A stretch of 64,000 nt of DNA from a virus. Below the pieces are notes generated by a model. It had not been told where the DNA came from and ran no database searches. It saw nothing but the letters and a program-made list of their open reading frames with translations. Each line of letters starts with the position of its first letter. Within the stretch, counting starts at the first letter, position 1. The position numbers and the translations under genes are program-made. The stretch spans positions 14,309 through 78,308 of the IMG/VR virus record IMGVR_UViG_3300010400_000002, one strand, 5' to 3'. Below, piece after piece: positions 39,040 to 48,489 of this stretch.

Positions 39040-40146
39040 TTAAAAAGGAAATTCTTGTGCTTCATCAGTTTCTTTAACAAGGGGCACTAATCTGCTCGGC
39101 GGTGCATAATCATCTTCTGTCGGTAATCCCTTTTCAGGAAATCTACTCCAGTCACAATTATAGGTTTTTTCAGTCAATGGATTCCAATTGTTGCGATCAA
39201 CAAATCCAACATTGCCTTTTATCATCTGCAATAACACAGGTGAATCTTTCATCGTCGGAAATCCACCGGTTTCGGTTTCTTTTATCTTGCGCACATGAAG
39301 CTGTGTCACACGCCAATCCAATTCATGGTTGGTTAATCGGTGAATAGTGAGAAAATCATCTGCCTTGCTTGCGAACTTCGTTCCTCCCTCGGTGTCGGCT
39401 TTATTCGGAGCAACAGCATAACCATTATCTAATTTCCTGAACGCTCCGGTAACAGCATGGCAGTTAAGATAAATGCAACAATCATTTTTGCGGGTGAAGT
39501 GTTGAAAGGCTAAACATGCTTCGTAATGGTATGAATGTGAATTGCTGTTCGTGGCTTCATGCAGTGAATTGTATGGGTCAATCAGGATTCCATCAATTTT
39601 TACTTTCTGCATTTTTCTTAACGAGATGTCAAGGATATTTCTATAGGTATAAGCCTCGTCATTGCGCATGAGAAAAAAATGTTCACGTATAAATTGCCTG
39701 CTCTTTTTATCATCCTCTTCAGGAATATATTTTATCCAATTAGCATTTAGGTACTCAACACAATGGCGGGTGAAACTTCCCTTTGAATTTTCTCCGGTAA
39801 AAACAATCCACTTCCACCCATATTTTTTTGCCGTTAACAGAATCATGAACCATAGTAGCGTTGACTTACCTACATTGTCATATCCATTGATTACATTGAA
39901 GTGGGCACGTTTAAACCGGAAGTTAGAATCAATGCTTGGTGATCCTGTACTAAGCCCCATTTGAAAGGTATCATCACGAATTGAGTCAAGGTATTTATCT
40001 ACTCCATCAAGACTAAAGATCGCTTCATCATCAATTTCCTTTGGGGTGATTACCTCCTCTGGAATATGGTTTACATACTTAGGCTTTATCCCGGGTTGAG
40101 ATATTGTGACCGGACGAAAGATTATTCGCTTGCTGGTGCTTTCCAT
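39040..40146 (-). CDS. DnaB/SF4-like replicative helicase
   Basis: Walker A GYDNVGKST, GEN, ILIDPYN, KADDFLTIHR, VRKIK. Confidence 0.85.
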   Translation of the reverse strand: MESTSKRIIFRPVTISQPGIKPKYVNHIPEEVITPKEIDDEAIFSLDGVDKYLDSIRDDTFQMGLSTGSPSIDSNFRFKRAHFNVINGYDNVGKSTLLWFMILLTAKKYGWKWIVFTGENSKGSFTRHCVEYLNANWIKYIPEEDDKKSRQFIREHFFLMRNDEAYTYRNILDISLRKMQKVKIDGILIDPYNSLHEATNSNSHSYHYEACLAFQHFTRKNDCCIYLNCHAVTGAFRKLDNGYAVAPNKADTEGGTKFASKADDFLTIHRLTNHELDWRVTQLHVRKIKETETGGFPTMKDSPVLLQMIKGNVGFVDRNNWNPLTEKTYNCDWSRFPEKGLPTEDDYAPPSRLVPLVKETDEAQEFPF

Positions 40147-40442
40147 TTAGAAGTTAATTCTTCTACTTGTGTTAGAATCTCCAATGCTTCCTTCACGGTT
40201 TCATCACGATCCTGTTTTACAAGTTCTATTTGCTCCATCAGGATTTCGGTGGTATTGATGTAACGGGCGATTGTATCTAAAAATTTATTCTCTCGGTCAA
40301 CATACGCTTTATTTGCTCCTTCCTTCGCAGCGTAATCTTTCAGGTACAATTCCTTTCGCTTTATTTCGTCAGCCACTTCTTCAAAAACTGATAACTGAAT
40401 ATGCTTGGCTCTCAAGTAATCGGTAGTGTCAAATTGCTTCAT
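40122..40442 (-). CDS. hypothetical protein between initiator and helicase
   Basis: Helical ORF overlapping both neighbours. Confidence 0.55.
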   Translation of the reverse strand: MKQFDTTDYLRAKHIQLSVFEEVADEIKRKELYLKDYAAKEGANKAYVDRENKFLDTIARYINTTEILMEQIELVKQDRDETVKEALEILTQVEELTSKWKAPASE

Positions 40443-41296
40443 CGTGGTTTATCCTCCTCGGCTATTTGTGGTGCTCCATGAATCATTTCGTTCATTTGAT
40501 GGTATCGCTGCGTGGCTGAAGTAATCTGGGTTTCATAGTGAATGCCGTTCGTGGTAAGCGGTCTTGTTTCTTTTGGGGACTCCTCCTCCCAGCACCTTTG
40601 ATTAATCCATGTCTGTAGGTGCTTCCATTCCGGAATAAATTTTCCAGGAATTGCAGAATCTTGTTGGCGTCGGAAAATTTGGTTTTTTAAAGCTGGCTCA
40701 AGTAGCGGTAGGGCTGTTTCCCAATCCGCATGCTTTTTCTTGAAGTTGTCAAACTCGGTTTTATTGCCGCGTTTATTTCCTTCGTATAATTTTCGGAAAC
40801 TATCAAACACTATTTCACTATTATCTAATCTATTCTTATCTAATCTATTCTTATGTTGCCGTTCCGTTGTCCCTTCCGTTGCAGTTCCGTTGGCAACGGA
40901 ATTTTCAGTATTATTATTTTCCGTTGAATTATATTGTTTTTTTCTTTTTTCGGCACTTTTTTCTCCTGCCTTCTTTGCAGACTCCCATGTTTTCAATCTC
41001 TTTTGAAGTCCTCTTGAAGTGAATTTGCCCCGAAACTCCTGAAACAAATCTATACGGATTGCATCCCGATACCATGTTAAAAAACGCGGTTCGTCCTTAC
41101 ATCCAATAGTTCCACAAAGCATCTGTAAATCGCCGTCTGTGCTGCTCCAAGAATAGTCCTCTTGGTTGCGCAGAACTTCAATCACATCCCAATAAATTCC
41201 CTTTGCCCAGTGGGTATGTATTTGCACCATCTTGAGGAGTTTTAGATCCCTCCCTGCGTTTGATTCGTGCCTGAACCAGTATGAGTCTGCAGCCAT
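40439..41296 (-). CDS. putative replication initiator (DUF4373/Lin1244-like N-terminus)
   Basis: YWFRHESNA..D.KL...GIYW.VIE.L N-terminus; FDSFRKLY and HLQTWINQRCWEEE C-terminus. Confidence 0.7.
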   Translation of the reverse strand: MAADSYWFRHESNAGRDLKLLKMVQIHTHWAKGIYWDVIEVLRNQEDYSWSSTDGDLQMLCGTIGCKDEPRFLTWYRDAIRIDLFQEFRGKFTSRGLQKRLKTWESAKKAGEKSAEKRKKQYNSTENNNTENSVANGTATEGTTERQHKNRLDKNRLDNSEIVFDSFRKLYEGNKRGNKTEFDNFKKKHADWETALPLLEPALKNQIFRRQQDSAIPGKFIPEWKHLQTWINQRCWEEESPKETRPLTTNGIHYETQITSATQRYHQMNEMIHGAPQIAEEDKPR

Positions 41297-41305
41297 TCTT
41301 TAAAT

Positions 41306-41446
41306 GCGAAAACCCTCGGATGCCGCCGAGGGTTTCGTTTAGAGGTTGAGGTTCGATACCATCAAACCTCTTATCTTAACTGTTACTTTTCGGCATCAAA
41401 GTAACAAATTGCTTTCCATTATTTCAAATCAATGGGCACAAACGTA
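41306..41446 (-). promoter_or_regulatory. promoter and kissing-hairpin leader of the initiator gene
   Basis: TACGTTTG (41439-41446); hairpin loops GATGCCG and CGGCATC are complementary. Confidence 0.55.
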
Positions 41447-41494
41447 ACTGTTGCGGTCGCATCGGAGAAACTTTTGGAAGGGAAGTTTTCAACA

Positions 41495-42454
41495 TTATCG
41501 TGTTCTTATGAAGTTTTCCAATTCCTCAATATCCCCCTTCTCCCGTGTAACCATCTCCTTATATTTCTCAACATCAATCTGCTGCTGTATGTGAGATTCG
41601 ATAATCGAAGTAAGAACCTGGGGCTTCAGCGCATCTACTTCCCAGCAGGTCTTTCCAAATTTAGCAATGTACTTATCACTTCGTGAATCAGTAAGTTTCG
41701 TAGGGTTAGGTGGCAGTTTGTATTTTTTGATTTGCTGCATCGTCAAACCAATCTGGATGATTTGAAAAATGTCAGAAGCAACCAAATGGTACTCTCCCTG
41801 CTCAATCATGAAAGTTAATCGTTCACTTATATCACGAACCATATCTAACCCACTTGGGTCGTGATCTCCAAAATAAAGAATCGTAGTCATCCCTTCGTGA
41901 AGGCTGTTATTTAAAATGCGATTGTAGGCACTATACATCGCACTGGAAGAACTGTAACCTTTGTTAATGATTAGTTGGATGTGATACTTTTCGGTACTGC
42001 GTCGTAGTATTCCTGCAAGTGCATCTTTCTCGCTCCAAAGTTCAACGTGATTTGATTGTCCTTCTTGTCGGTCTAACCTATATTGGTCAATCGTGTCCTG
42101 TAACGCATGTTCAACACTGTTAACCGAATAAGGAATGTACGGTACTCTTCCGCGATCTTCAATAGCACCCCAATCAATGGTTCCACTGTAACGGCAATCA
42201 TCAACAATATCTCCCAATTTTTTATACGCTGTGATATGGTTTATGAATCCTTCTACGTGACCTACGAATTGATAATGAAGCTGCCGGAGAGTTAGAATAT
42301 AACCTTCTGCTGCGTACTCATCTACGATGGATATTATGTTGGCTACAACATCCTCCTTTCTTGTGCGCCACCATTTGATACTGCCGTCATCAAATTTGCA
42401 GCATACATTTATAGCGCCCGTTAATTTCCTATCTTCAAATTTCTCTTTAGCCAT
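41495..42454 (-). CDS. TOPRIM-domain protein (topo VI-A/DUF2399-like)
   Basis: Start MAKEKF; TLRQLHYQ, VELWSEKDAL, KGYSS, YFGDHDPSG, WEVDAL. Confidence 0.8.
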   Translation of the reverse strand: MAKEKFEDRKLTGAINVCCKFDDGSIKWWRTRKEDVVANIISIVDEYAAEGYILTLRQLHYQFVGHVEGFINHITAYKKLGDIVDDCRYSGTIDWGAIEDRGRVPYIPYSVNSVEHALQDTIDQYRLDRQEGQSNHVELWSEKDALAGILRRSTEKYHIQLIINKGYSSSSAMYSAYNRILNNSLHEGMTTILYFGDHDPSGLDMVRDISERLTFMIEQGEYHLVASDIFQIIQIGLTMQQIKKYKLPPNPTKLTDSRSDKYIAKFGKTCWEVDALKPQVLTSIIESHIQQQIDVEKYKEMVTREKGDIEELENFIRTR

Positions 42455-42459
42455 TTCGA

Positions 42460-42543
42460 AGCGAAGGGGGAACTCGAATCCCCGACCTATGCAGACCCAC
42501 TCCACGTAGAAACTGCGTCGCTCTACCAACTGAGCTACTTCGC
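42460..42543 (-). tRNA. tRNA-like RNA with aberrant extended anticodon arm (identity unassignable)
   Basis: Acceptor GCGAAG/CTTCGC, D-arm GCTCAGTTGGTAGAGC, T-arm GGGGATTCGAGTTCCC; 18 nt enclosed by GCAG/CTGC; no CCA. Confidence 0.65.
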
Positions 42544-42780
42544 TACAGGTTAGCTTTGCCTGTATTCATCAGAGAGTTTCCTTCTCCTCACTTTCAACGT
42601 TACAGGTGACGCGCCTTGCTTACATGAGTTCGCTTCGGACTCCATCCAATCTTACGATTGCTCATACGGAAAAAATCTTTAAAAAGAAGGATGCGAATGG
42701 TCACGGCAAAACTGTAATCTGTTCGCTGCAGTCGCACCCTCAACCGGAGTGCTTAACCTCCGGTGTATGGTTTGTAAGTT

Positions 42781-43386
42781 TCAAGATTTTAAAAGTTCTG
42801 GATTTTCGTAAATATTTCCGATCACTTCCATTCCATTTACTTGTTTAAAAAAATCTTCGAAGTCTTTTGCTTCAATTTCAAGTTGCTCACAACAATACTC
42901 CACTGACTCCCATAACTCTCCGTCATCACCATTTCTTAGTGAGCATACCTCCATCATTCTTTGTTTATCATAATCACCAAAACCGCCAATAGTTCCAGTA
43001 AAAGGAGCGTATTCACCTTCATGGTCATCTGTCACAAATCCATTGAAATTATATTTGACAGATTTAATTTTCCAAGATGCTTTTGTGTCAATTGGCTCGG
43101 TATAACTTCCATTTGGAATATTATCACCCGTATGGGTTTGATACTCCGTTTTGATTTCAGCCCACCTCAAAATATCTCCCTCATAAATTTCCTTTCCGTT
43201 CTTGTCATGGAGTCCGGTGAACTCAACAATTTCAACATCTTCTCTATTGAGATAGTCACCATTATAATTTGTTGACTTTAAAGTGAAGCATCCCCCCTCA
43301 TCAGAAATATAAACTGTATCATGGTCAGTCAAAAATCTATTCTTCTTTTTATCCCATGCGCGAAACTTTATTTCTCTGTTTTTCAT
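42781..43386 (-). CDS. YopX family protein
   Basis: REIKFRAWD...FTGLHDKNGKEIYEGDI...EVIGNIYENPELL. Confidence 0.9.
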   Translation of the reverse strand: MKNREIKFRAWDKKKNRFLTDHDTVYISDEGGCFTLKSTNYNGDYLNREDVEIVEFTGLHDKNGKEIYEGDILRWAEIKTEYQTHTGDNIPNGSYTEPIDTKASWKIKSVKYNFNGFVTDDHEGEYAPFTGTIGGFGDYDKQRMMEVCSLRNGDDGELWESVEYCCEQLEIEAKDFEDFFKQVNGMEVIGNIYENPELLKS

Positions 43387-43413
43387 TGGGTCAGTTCGAT
43401 TGGTTCAGGTTCA

Positions 43414-43818
43414 TTAATTGGAATTAACACGGTTAAACTCATTCTTCAAGGCACTAACAGAAGTCCTCACAAAATCCAACTGGTGAGTAATAGTCCGGCT
43501 TAATCTCTCTGCAACATTGTAAGCATACTCCGATTCGCTGCACTTAGCGGTGATATAATCCTTCACCACACTTGCCGGAACCCACTCCAACCGTCGCGCC
43601 TCCACGTTGAAAACAAATTGCTCATACGCTTTTGCTTTCTTATCACTCCACACCTTTTTGAATTCTGCCATCTGCGAATTGGTATAAGCCATGTAACCGG
43701 ATAACTGAGCTCCGTACTCTATCCATTGGTCAATAGTGGATAGTGACTGCATCGTTTCGGAGCAGAGGATACTTTCGATCTTTTTTAATTCTTCCAGGTG
43801 GTCAATCATCGGATTCAA
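43414..43818 (-). CDS. hypothetical helical protein of the recombination module
   Basis: ERLSRTITHQLDFVRTSVS..KNE, a Bacteroidota-phage motif. Confidence 0.55.
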   Translation of the reverse strand: MNPMIDHLEELKKIESILCSETMQSLSTIDQWIEYGAQLSGYMAYTNSQMAEFKKVWSDKKAKAYEQFVFNVEARRLEWVPASVVKDYITAKCSESEYAYNVAERLSRTITHQLDFVRTSVSALKNEFNRVNSN

Positions 43819-45049
43819 CTTTAGAGGAATAGAAATTAGACCATTCTTCTTGTGACTTAAACTTACTGTGATATTCCTTACCGTTCCAAATTAATTTCCA
43901 ATCATTCCAATCAACATCATCAGATGGAAGATCATAAGCATCTACACCGAAAGTATTAGCACCTAATGAGGTTGCAAATTGTAATGTAAAAGGAAAACAT
44001 TTCAGGTTGTTTGCTGCAAGTATTTTAAAGCCATGCTCTAAAATATCAATAACTTCTTTCTCAGATTTGTCATTTCCTAAAATCATTTTCAATCGTCCTG
44101 AGTGAATGAAGTTATGACAGTAATGACACAATGGTTCAATGGAAAGTATCTCACATATACCAGTGCGATAGTCAATTTTCCAAAACTCATGTGCTTCTAA
44201 CCACTCATGTTTTTTTGCTTGGGATTTATGAATGCCGCAGGCAGCGCAATGATAGTCAGTTGAAGCATATACTAATTGGCGTTCACTATTCCACCAATCA
44301 TCTCCCATAATTTCTCTTGGGGCAACTCCATGAAGCGGTTTAGGGATATGAGGGTGGCACAGTATTTCAGGTTTAAGAATTTTCCTTACCGGCGTTCCTG
44401 ATTTTACGATCTCATTCCAATCATCAATCATTCCATGCACTTTGATGAAGTCCACAAATCCTTTAAGTGAATGGATAAGTTTCGTTTCGTAAGCTGCATC
44501 CCACTCGAAAGGAAATTCTTCATGGGTGATGGTAGCTGATAGTTCTTTCTTCTCCTGAATGAAAAATACATCGTAACAGAACATCGGAACATCAGCCATG
44601 AACATATACCATAGGTGCTGTGTCTTATCCATGTACGCTTCATAGGAAGGCTTGGTGCGCGTTGTTTTAAAGTCGTGAATAATCCCGGGGCACAAGCAAT
44701 CTACTTTCCCCCTCACGTTGCAGATGATTCCGTTGACCTCAATTTCTTTGTTCACCCAAACTTCTGTCGCATTGGGTGTTGGTAGCGTTTGATGGAAGTC
44801 AGTGAGAACTTTGAGAACATCATTTGAAAGAAATTCTGCCTCTACGGTAATCCCTCCATACGCTTGCGCATATTCGTCGAATGGGTTTTCAAGAAACTTA
44901 TGTACCGCCGTTCCAAAGTCTTTCTCAAAAGTTTTCTGATCTCTCCCTTCAAGGTAGTCAATAAACTTCTGTTGGTCAAGTCCCCACTTTTCAGCAAGGA
45001 AGTCATCGAACCGTTCCAACTTAGACACGGAGATATTAAGCGATAGCAT
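43802..45049 (-). CDS. PD-(D/E)XK exonuclease fused to an HNH-like domain
   Basis: ISVSKLE, FGTAVH, GKVD...IHDFKTT...QHLWY; C-terminal HCAACG..LEAHEFW..PLCHYCHNFIH. Confidence 0.75.
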   Translation of the reverse strand: MLSLNISVSKLERFDDFLAEKWGLDQQKFIDYLEGRDQKTFEKDFGTAVHKFLENPFDEYAQAYGGITVEAEFLSNDVLKVLTDFHQTLPTPNATEVWVNKEIEVNGIICNVRGKVDCLCPGIIHDFKTTRTKPSYEAYMDKTQHLWYMFMADVPMFCYDVFFIQEKKELSATITHEEFPFEWDAAYETKLIHSLKGFVDFIKVHGMIDDWNEIVKSGTPVRKILKPEILCHPHIPKPLHGVAPREIMGDDWWNSERQLVYASTDYHCAACGIHKSQAKKHEWLEAHEFWKIDYRTGICEILSIEPLCHYCHNFIHSGRLKMILGNDKSEKEVIDILEHGFKILAANNLKCFPFTLQFATSLGANTFGVDAYDLPSDDVDWNDWKLIWNGKEYHSKFKSQEEWSNFYSSKVESDD

Positions 45050-45968
45050 CGGCGGTGTTGTTGATTAGCTCATAGGATGAATTGGCTTTGCTGTACACCA
45101 GTCCGGCTTTGGCGGCTGCTTCTGTCAGCATCTTGCGACAAATAAGTTGAGAATTTTTATCCATTGCCGCTACCTGTGTTACTGCAGCATTGAACTGCCC
45201 AATCTCTGTTGCCTGCTTAATGAATGTTTCGAACTCTGAAACGACGGAAGTAGTCTTAGAAAGAATGCGTGTACGGTCCATAATCTTATCCTTCGTTCTC
45301 TGAATCACCTCAGCCATGAAGTTGGTAAATTTTGGATCCGCCAAATCAGGAACAGAAATAGTTGAGAGCATTGCCGTATCCTTACCAATGTTTTTATCAG
45401 TAGGGGTAAAGCGAATCATACGCTGCTTGTTGGCAATATGCACATAACCCACTTGGTCCGCAAGTCGCATGAGAAGGGCATAGCTTCCACCGGTGATGTC
45501 AGGATATTTAATGATGGTATCACCTTCCTTTTCATCTTTAGCGTGGGCAATCACAATAATATCTTTCCCCGCTTGACGGTAACGGTTATTCCACGACTTG
45601 AACGCTTCACCCATTGCACCATATCCGGCAAGGGAAAGAGCGCCATTTGATTTCTTATTCTTGTAATCCTCTTTGATTACAAACTCAGCGATCACATCAT
45701 CAAGGGCTGCTTTCGCAGTGTCAATGATGATGGTGTCGTAAGCCATTATCTCTTTCTCCAATGACAGAACTTCATCCCAACCTTTTGTAATGGAGAAAGT
45801 GTCTTTGATTAATCCGGCTCGATCATAACCGCGATCAAAGTCCAACAGGATTGGATTGGTAGAGGTCAGGGATATTGTAGTCTTGGAAGAACCTGGTTCT
45901 CCGTACAGGACTGTGAAGATGGGGCGAGATTTAATCTCCGTCATTTGGTTTTGCTTAATTATGGGCAT
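45036..45968 (-). CDS. Sak4-like AAA_24 ATPase/recombinase
   Basis: LYGEPGSSKTT, LLDFDRG, IIIDT, GYG, VIAHAK, ADQVGY. Confidence 0.8.
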   Translation of the reverse strand: MPIIKQNQMTEIKSRPIFTVLYGEPGSSKTTISLTSTNPILLDFDRGYDRAGLIKDTFSITKGWDEVLSLEKEIMAYDTIIIDTAKAALDDVIAEFVIKEDYKNKKSNGALSLAGYGAMGEAFKSWNNRYRQAGKDIIVIAHAKDEKEGDTIIKYPDITGGSYALLMRLADQVGYVHIANKQRMIRFTPTDKNIGKDTAMLSTISVPDLADPKFTNFMAEVIQRTKDKIMDRTRILSKTTSVVSEFETFIKQATEIGQFNAAVTQVAAMDKNSQLICRKMLTEAAAKAGLVYSKANSSYELINNTADAIA

Positions 45969-46066
45969 AGTATTTCGATTTTAAGTTTACGCTTTGATCG
46001 CGGCAAGAGCGACAAGGCAGGCGAAGATCACCAGTGCCGCAATGATGTTTTCGATGGTTCTGGGTT

Positions 46067-46639
46067 TTATTTTATTTTAGATGCCATTACGGATTTCTCT
46101 AAAGCTGTCAAGTTCCAACCAGCCACGGCTACAAACATTCTCTCATTGATTCGCTTGAGCAGCCACGGGTCTGTAGGTGGAATCATTTTCCATTCATCCA
46201 CTTCCCAAAGGATATAGTAATCATCAGTTAGTTTCGCCGGAAGAACAGATGGAGGAATTATAGGAACGGGGGCTGTTAATTCAAAACTCCAATTGGTATT
46301 CGCTGGACGTGGCAAGCACTTTTTAAGAATAACTTGTTCTGAAGTTTTTTTCCAATTTCTTCTCTCCATAAAAGTAATATCTCCCTCTCTTGTAAAGTAG
46401 CAATATACTTCTTTAAATGTCGCTTTACATACTGCCAACTTAGGATAAAAGTTTTCATGCAGTCCACCTTTTTGAATCACCTCAAAGATGTCAATGAGTT
46501 TTTTTCCAAGATACAGTTGGCGGTACAACTGCTTTAAATCCTTGTATGCGGGATCGTTTCTTTTCTTCACAGCCTCACGATATTCCAAGTACTTTTGTTT
46601 TGCTACTTCCGCAGTTTCGCTTATGAAGTCAAGTGTCAT
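46067..46639 (-). CDS. conserved phage hypothetical protein
   Basis: APVPIIPP...YYILWEV.EW..PP.DPWLLKRI...WNLTALEK. Confidence 0.6.
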   Translation of the reverse strand: MTLDFISETAEVAKQKYLEYREAVKKRNDPAYKDLKQLYRQLYLGKKLIDIFEVIQKGGLHENFYPKLAVCKATFKEVYCYFTREGDITFMERRNWKKTSEQVILKKCLPRPANTNWSFELTAPVPIIPPSVLPAKLTDDYYILWEVDEWKMIPPTDPWLLKRINERMFVAVAGWNLTALEKSVMASKIK

Positions 46640-46682
46640 GGTTTTCTATTTTTAACTACTGCTGTCTGCAATTCAGTGTCAA

Positions 46683-46880
46683 TCACTTTTTCTTTTTCAA
46701 CTGTGAAAGTTCGCGCTCCAATTCCGCTATCTTAGTTTCACGCACTGTCATTTCTTTCACATTTTTAAAATAGTGATTTACCACTATTCTCGTATTGTCA
46801 AGTCCGTGCTTTTTAATCATTCCTGCTAATCTGGAATTGATAGCATTCTTTGTTCTGGTAGGAACATTTTTGATTGTCAT
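46683..46880 (-). CDS. hypothetical protein
   Basis: Short basic ORF in the operon. Confidence 0.5.
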   Translation of the reverse strand: MTIKNVPTRTKNAINSRLAGMIKKHGLDNTRIVVNHYFKNVKEMTVRETKIAELERELSQLKKKK

Positions 46881-46882
46881 GA

Positions 46883-47041
46883 TTATTTTGGTTTACGGTT
46901 TTTGAGTCCTATACGAATCAGTTCAGTTGCAAGATGTGGCATTTTTAATCCTTCCTGATAACAGATGCGCCTCATTTGCTGATTCAATTCGAGTGGAAGT
47001 TCTCTAACTTTTAATTCGACTGTAATCTTATCTTGTTTCAT
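46883..47041 (-). CDS. small ribbon-helix-helix-like protein
   Basis: VELKVRELPLELNQQMRRIC...ELIRIGL. Confidence 0.45.
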   Translation of the reverse strand: MKQDKITVELKVRELPLELNQQMRRICYQEGLKMPHLATELIRIGLKNRKPK

Positions 47042-47107
47042 AGGGTGCGAATTTACATACACTTTTACCACTTTACGCTATTAGGGTAAACTAAATTTAT
47101 GAACATT

Positions 47108-47326
47108 TTAATCACTTTCCACCTTCAGCATCTTATCCCCTGCCTCCTCCTTAGAATAGTTCAGCAACTCCAATCGTATCATCCGGCAAATCTCAGCCCC
47201 GGAGTATCGCTCTTTCTTTTTGATCTTACGGCTGAACTGCAACAGCGCCCTGTGTTGGAACTGTGATACTTTGCTCTCTACTATTTTCTTCAGGACGGAC
47301 TGGTTAATCAGTGAATCATATCTCAT
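47108..47326 (-). CDS. hypothetical protein
   Basis: 72-aa ORF. Confidence 0.4.
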   Translation of the reverse strand: MRYDSLINQSVLKKIVESKVSQFQHRALLQFSRKIKKKERYSGAEICRMIRLELLNYSKEEAGDKMLKVESD

Positions 47327-47344
47327 TATTTGGAGTAGTTGGTG

Positions 47345-48061
47345 TCATTTTACAATAACCGCTTCTGTTTCACTGATCGGTTTGATGGATACTCTTTCGC
47401 CTATCTTGGGTTTTTTGGATTTAATGTATAGGTCAAATAATTCTGCGGAAGAAAGACAATCTTCAGTAACAACACCTAAATACCATCCGCATACTTCATT
47501 CGGGTTTTCATAATCACCAGCATGAATATAGTTTTCTTTCACAATCCACTCAGCGAATCCAATCATATCCGATTCAGAGAAGGTGTGTGTTTGTTGGTGG
47601 GATTGTTCTTCGAGCCAATGGGTAACGCATTTTTTATGCTCCTCAATTCGTGTTGCCTGACTCATTCCTAAAGTCCACCATTCGCCTTCTAACACTTGAT
47701 TCTCTATCGCTTTCTTATTTGACCAATCAAGACTTTCATTAACCTTCGGTCTATACTGAGCCATCATCGGTATTCTGCCACCTACAAGAATAAAATGAAT
47801 CGTAGCAAAATCAGGTAATCTTTCATTCACATCCACAGCAACAAAAACTCTTTGCTTCCCCTCAACAACCCTATATTCCTTTCTGGATTGTTCCCAAATT
47901 TTATGTGCATCAGAAAACAATTTAAACTCTTCATCTAACGTAAGACCTTCCATATCAGAAAAGTCATTACGCTGCGGTTCTTTGGCGAAATCTAAAAGCG
48001 TTTTCACGGTAAGCGGTTCAAGGGAAGTTACCACTGCATCTATTGTTTCGAGTCCTGTCAT
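47345..48061 (-). CDS. hypothetical protein with DUF551-like segment
   Basis: VDVNERLP...VTHWLE; FSESDMIGFAEW. Confidence 0.5.
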   Translation of the reverse strand: MTGLETIDAVVTSLEPLTVKTLLDFAKEPQRNDFSDMEGLTLDEEFKLFSDAHKIWEQSRKEYRVVEGKQRVFVAVDVNERLPDFATIHFILVGGRIPMMAQYRPKVNESLDWSNKKAIENQVLEGEWWTLGMSQATRIEEHKKCVTHWLEEQSHQQTHTFSESDMIGFAEWIVKENYIHAGDYENPNEVCGWYLGVVTEDCLSSAELFDLYIKSKKPKIGERVSIKPISETEAVIVK

Positions 48062-48489
48062 GATTTTTTTGTTTGATTGTACCATTTGATGAATTCAATT
48101 ACTGATTTATAAACAGCTTCATGTTTAGTTTTACAGAAACCGCTATATAATTGTGGGAGTTCAAAGTTTTCATACTTAGATGTCATTCCTAATTGAGTAC
48201 TAAATTCCATGAAGCATCTGGTATCTTTGATAATAACTGATATTCCACCATCATATAATAATTCAATCTTCTCCACCACTGGCATAAGCCAATCCCAAGA
48301 GGAATGATATTTAAGACTCTTAACATCAATTGTATCATACCAATTTTCATACTGCTTAGGTGAACCCCGTTTATGTCCCATTGATTTTTTACCGGGCATC
48401 AACTCCCGACCTTCGTAAAAAATATCAATTAGGGTATTGCCTTGTTCAATAGTTACTTCGGCTTCAATTACTGTTTTGGATTCTGTCAT
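48058..48489 (-). CDS. Bacteroidota-phage YHSSWDWLMPV family protein
   Basis: GNTLI..F...LKYHSSWDWLMPVVEKI...VIEFIKWYN; paralogue of 51805-52167. Confidence 0.65.
   Translation of the reverse strand: MTESKTVIEAEVTIEQGNTLIDIFYEGRELMPGKKSMGHKRGSPKQYENWYDTIDVKSLKYHSSWDWLMPVVEKIELLYDGGISVIIKDTRCFMEFSTQLGMTSKYENFELPQLYSGFCKTKHEAVYKSVIEFIKWYNQTKKS

Noticed and set aside
42455-42529. N-terminal extension of the TOPRIM ORF
   Set aside because: Overlaps the tRNA-like element; ATG 42454 is the better start
42538-42592. Hammerhead ribozyme (CTGATGA...CGAA on the minus strand)
   Set aside because: GAAG rather than GAAA, no NUH cleavage triplet and no stem III
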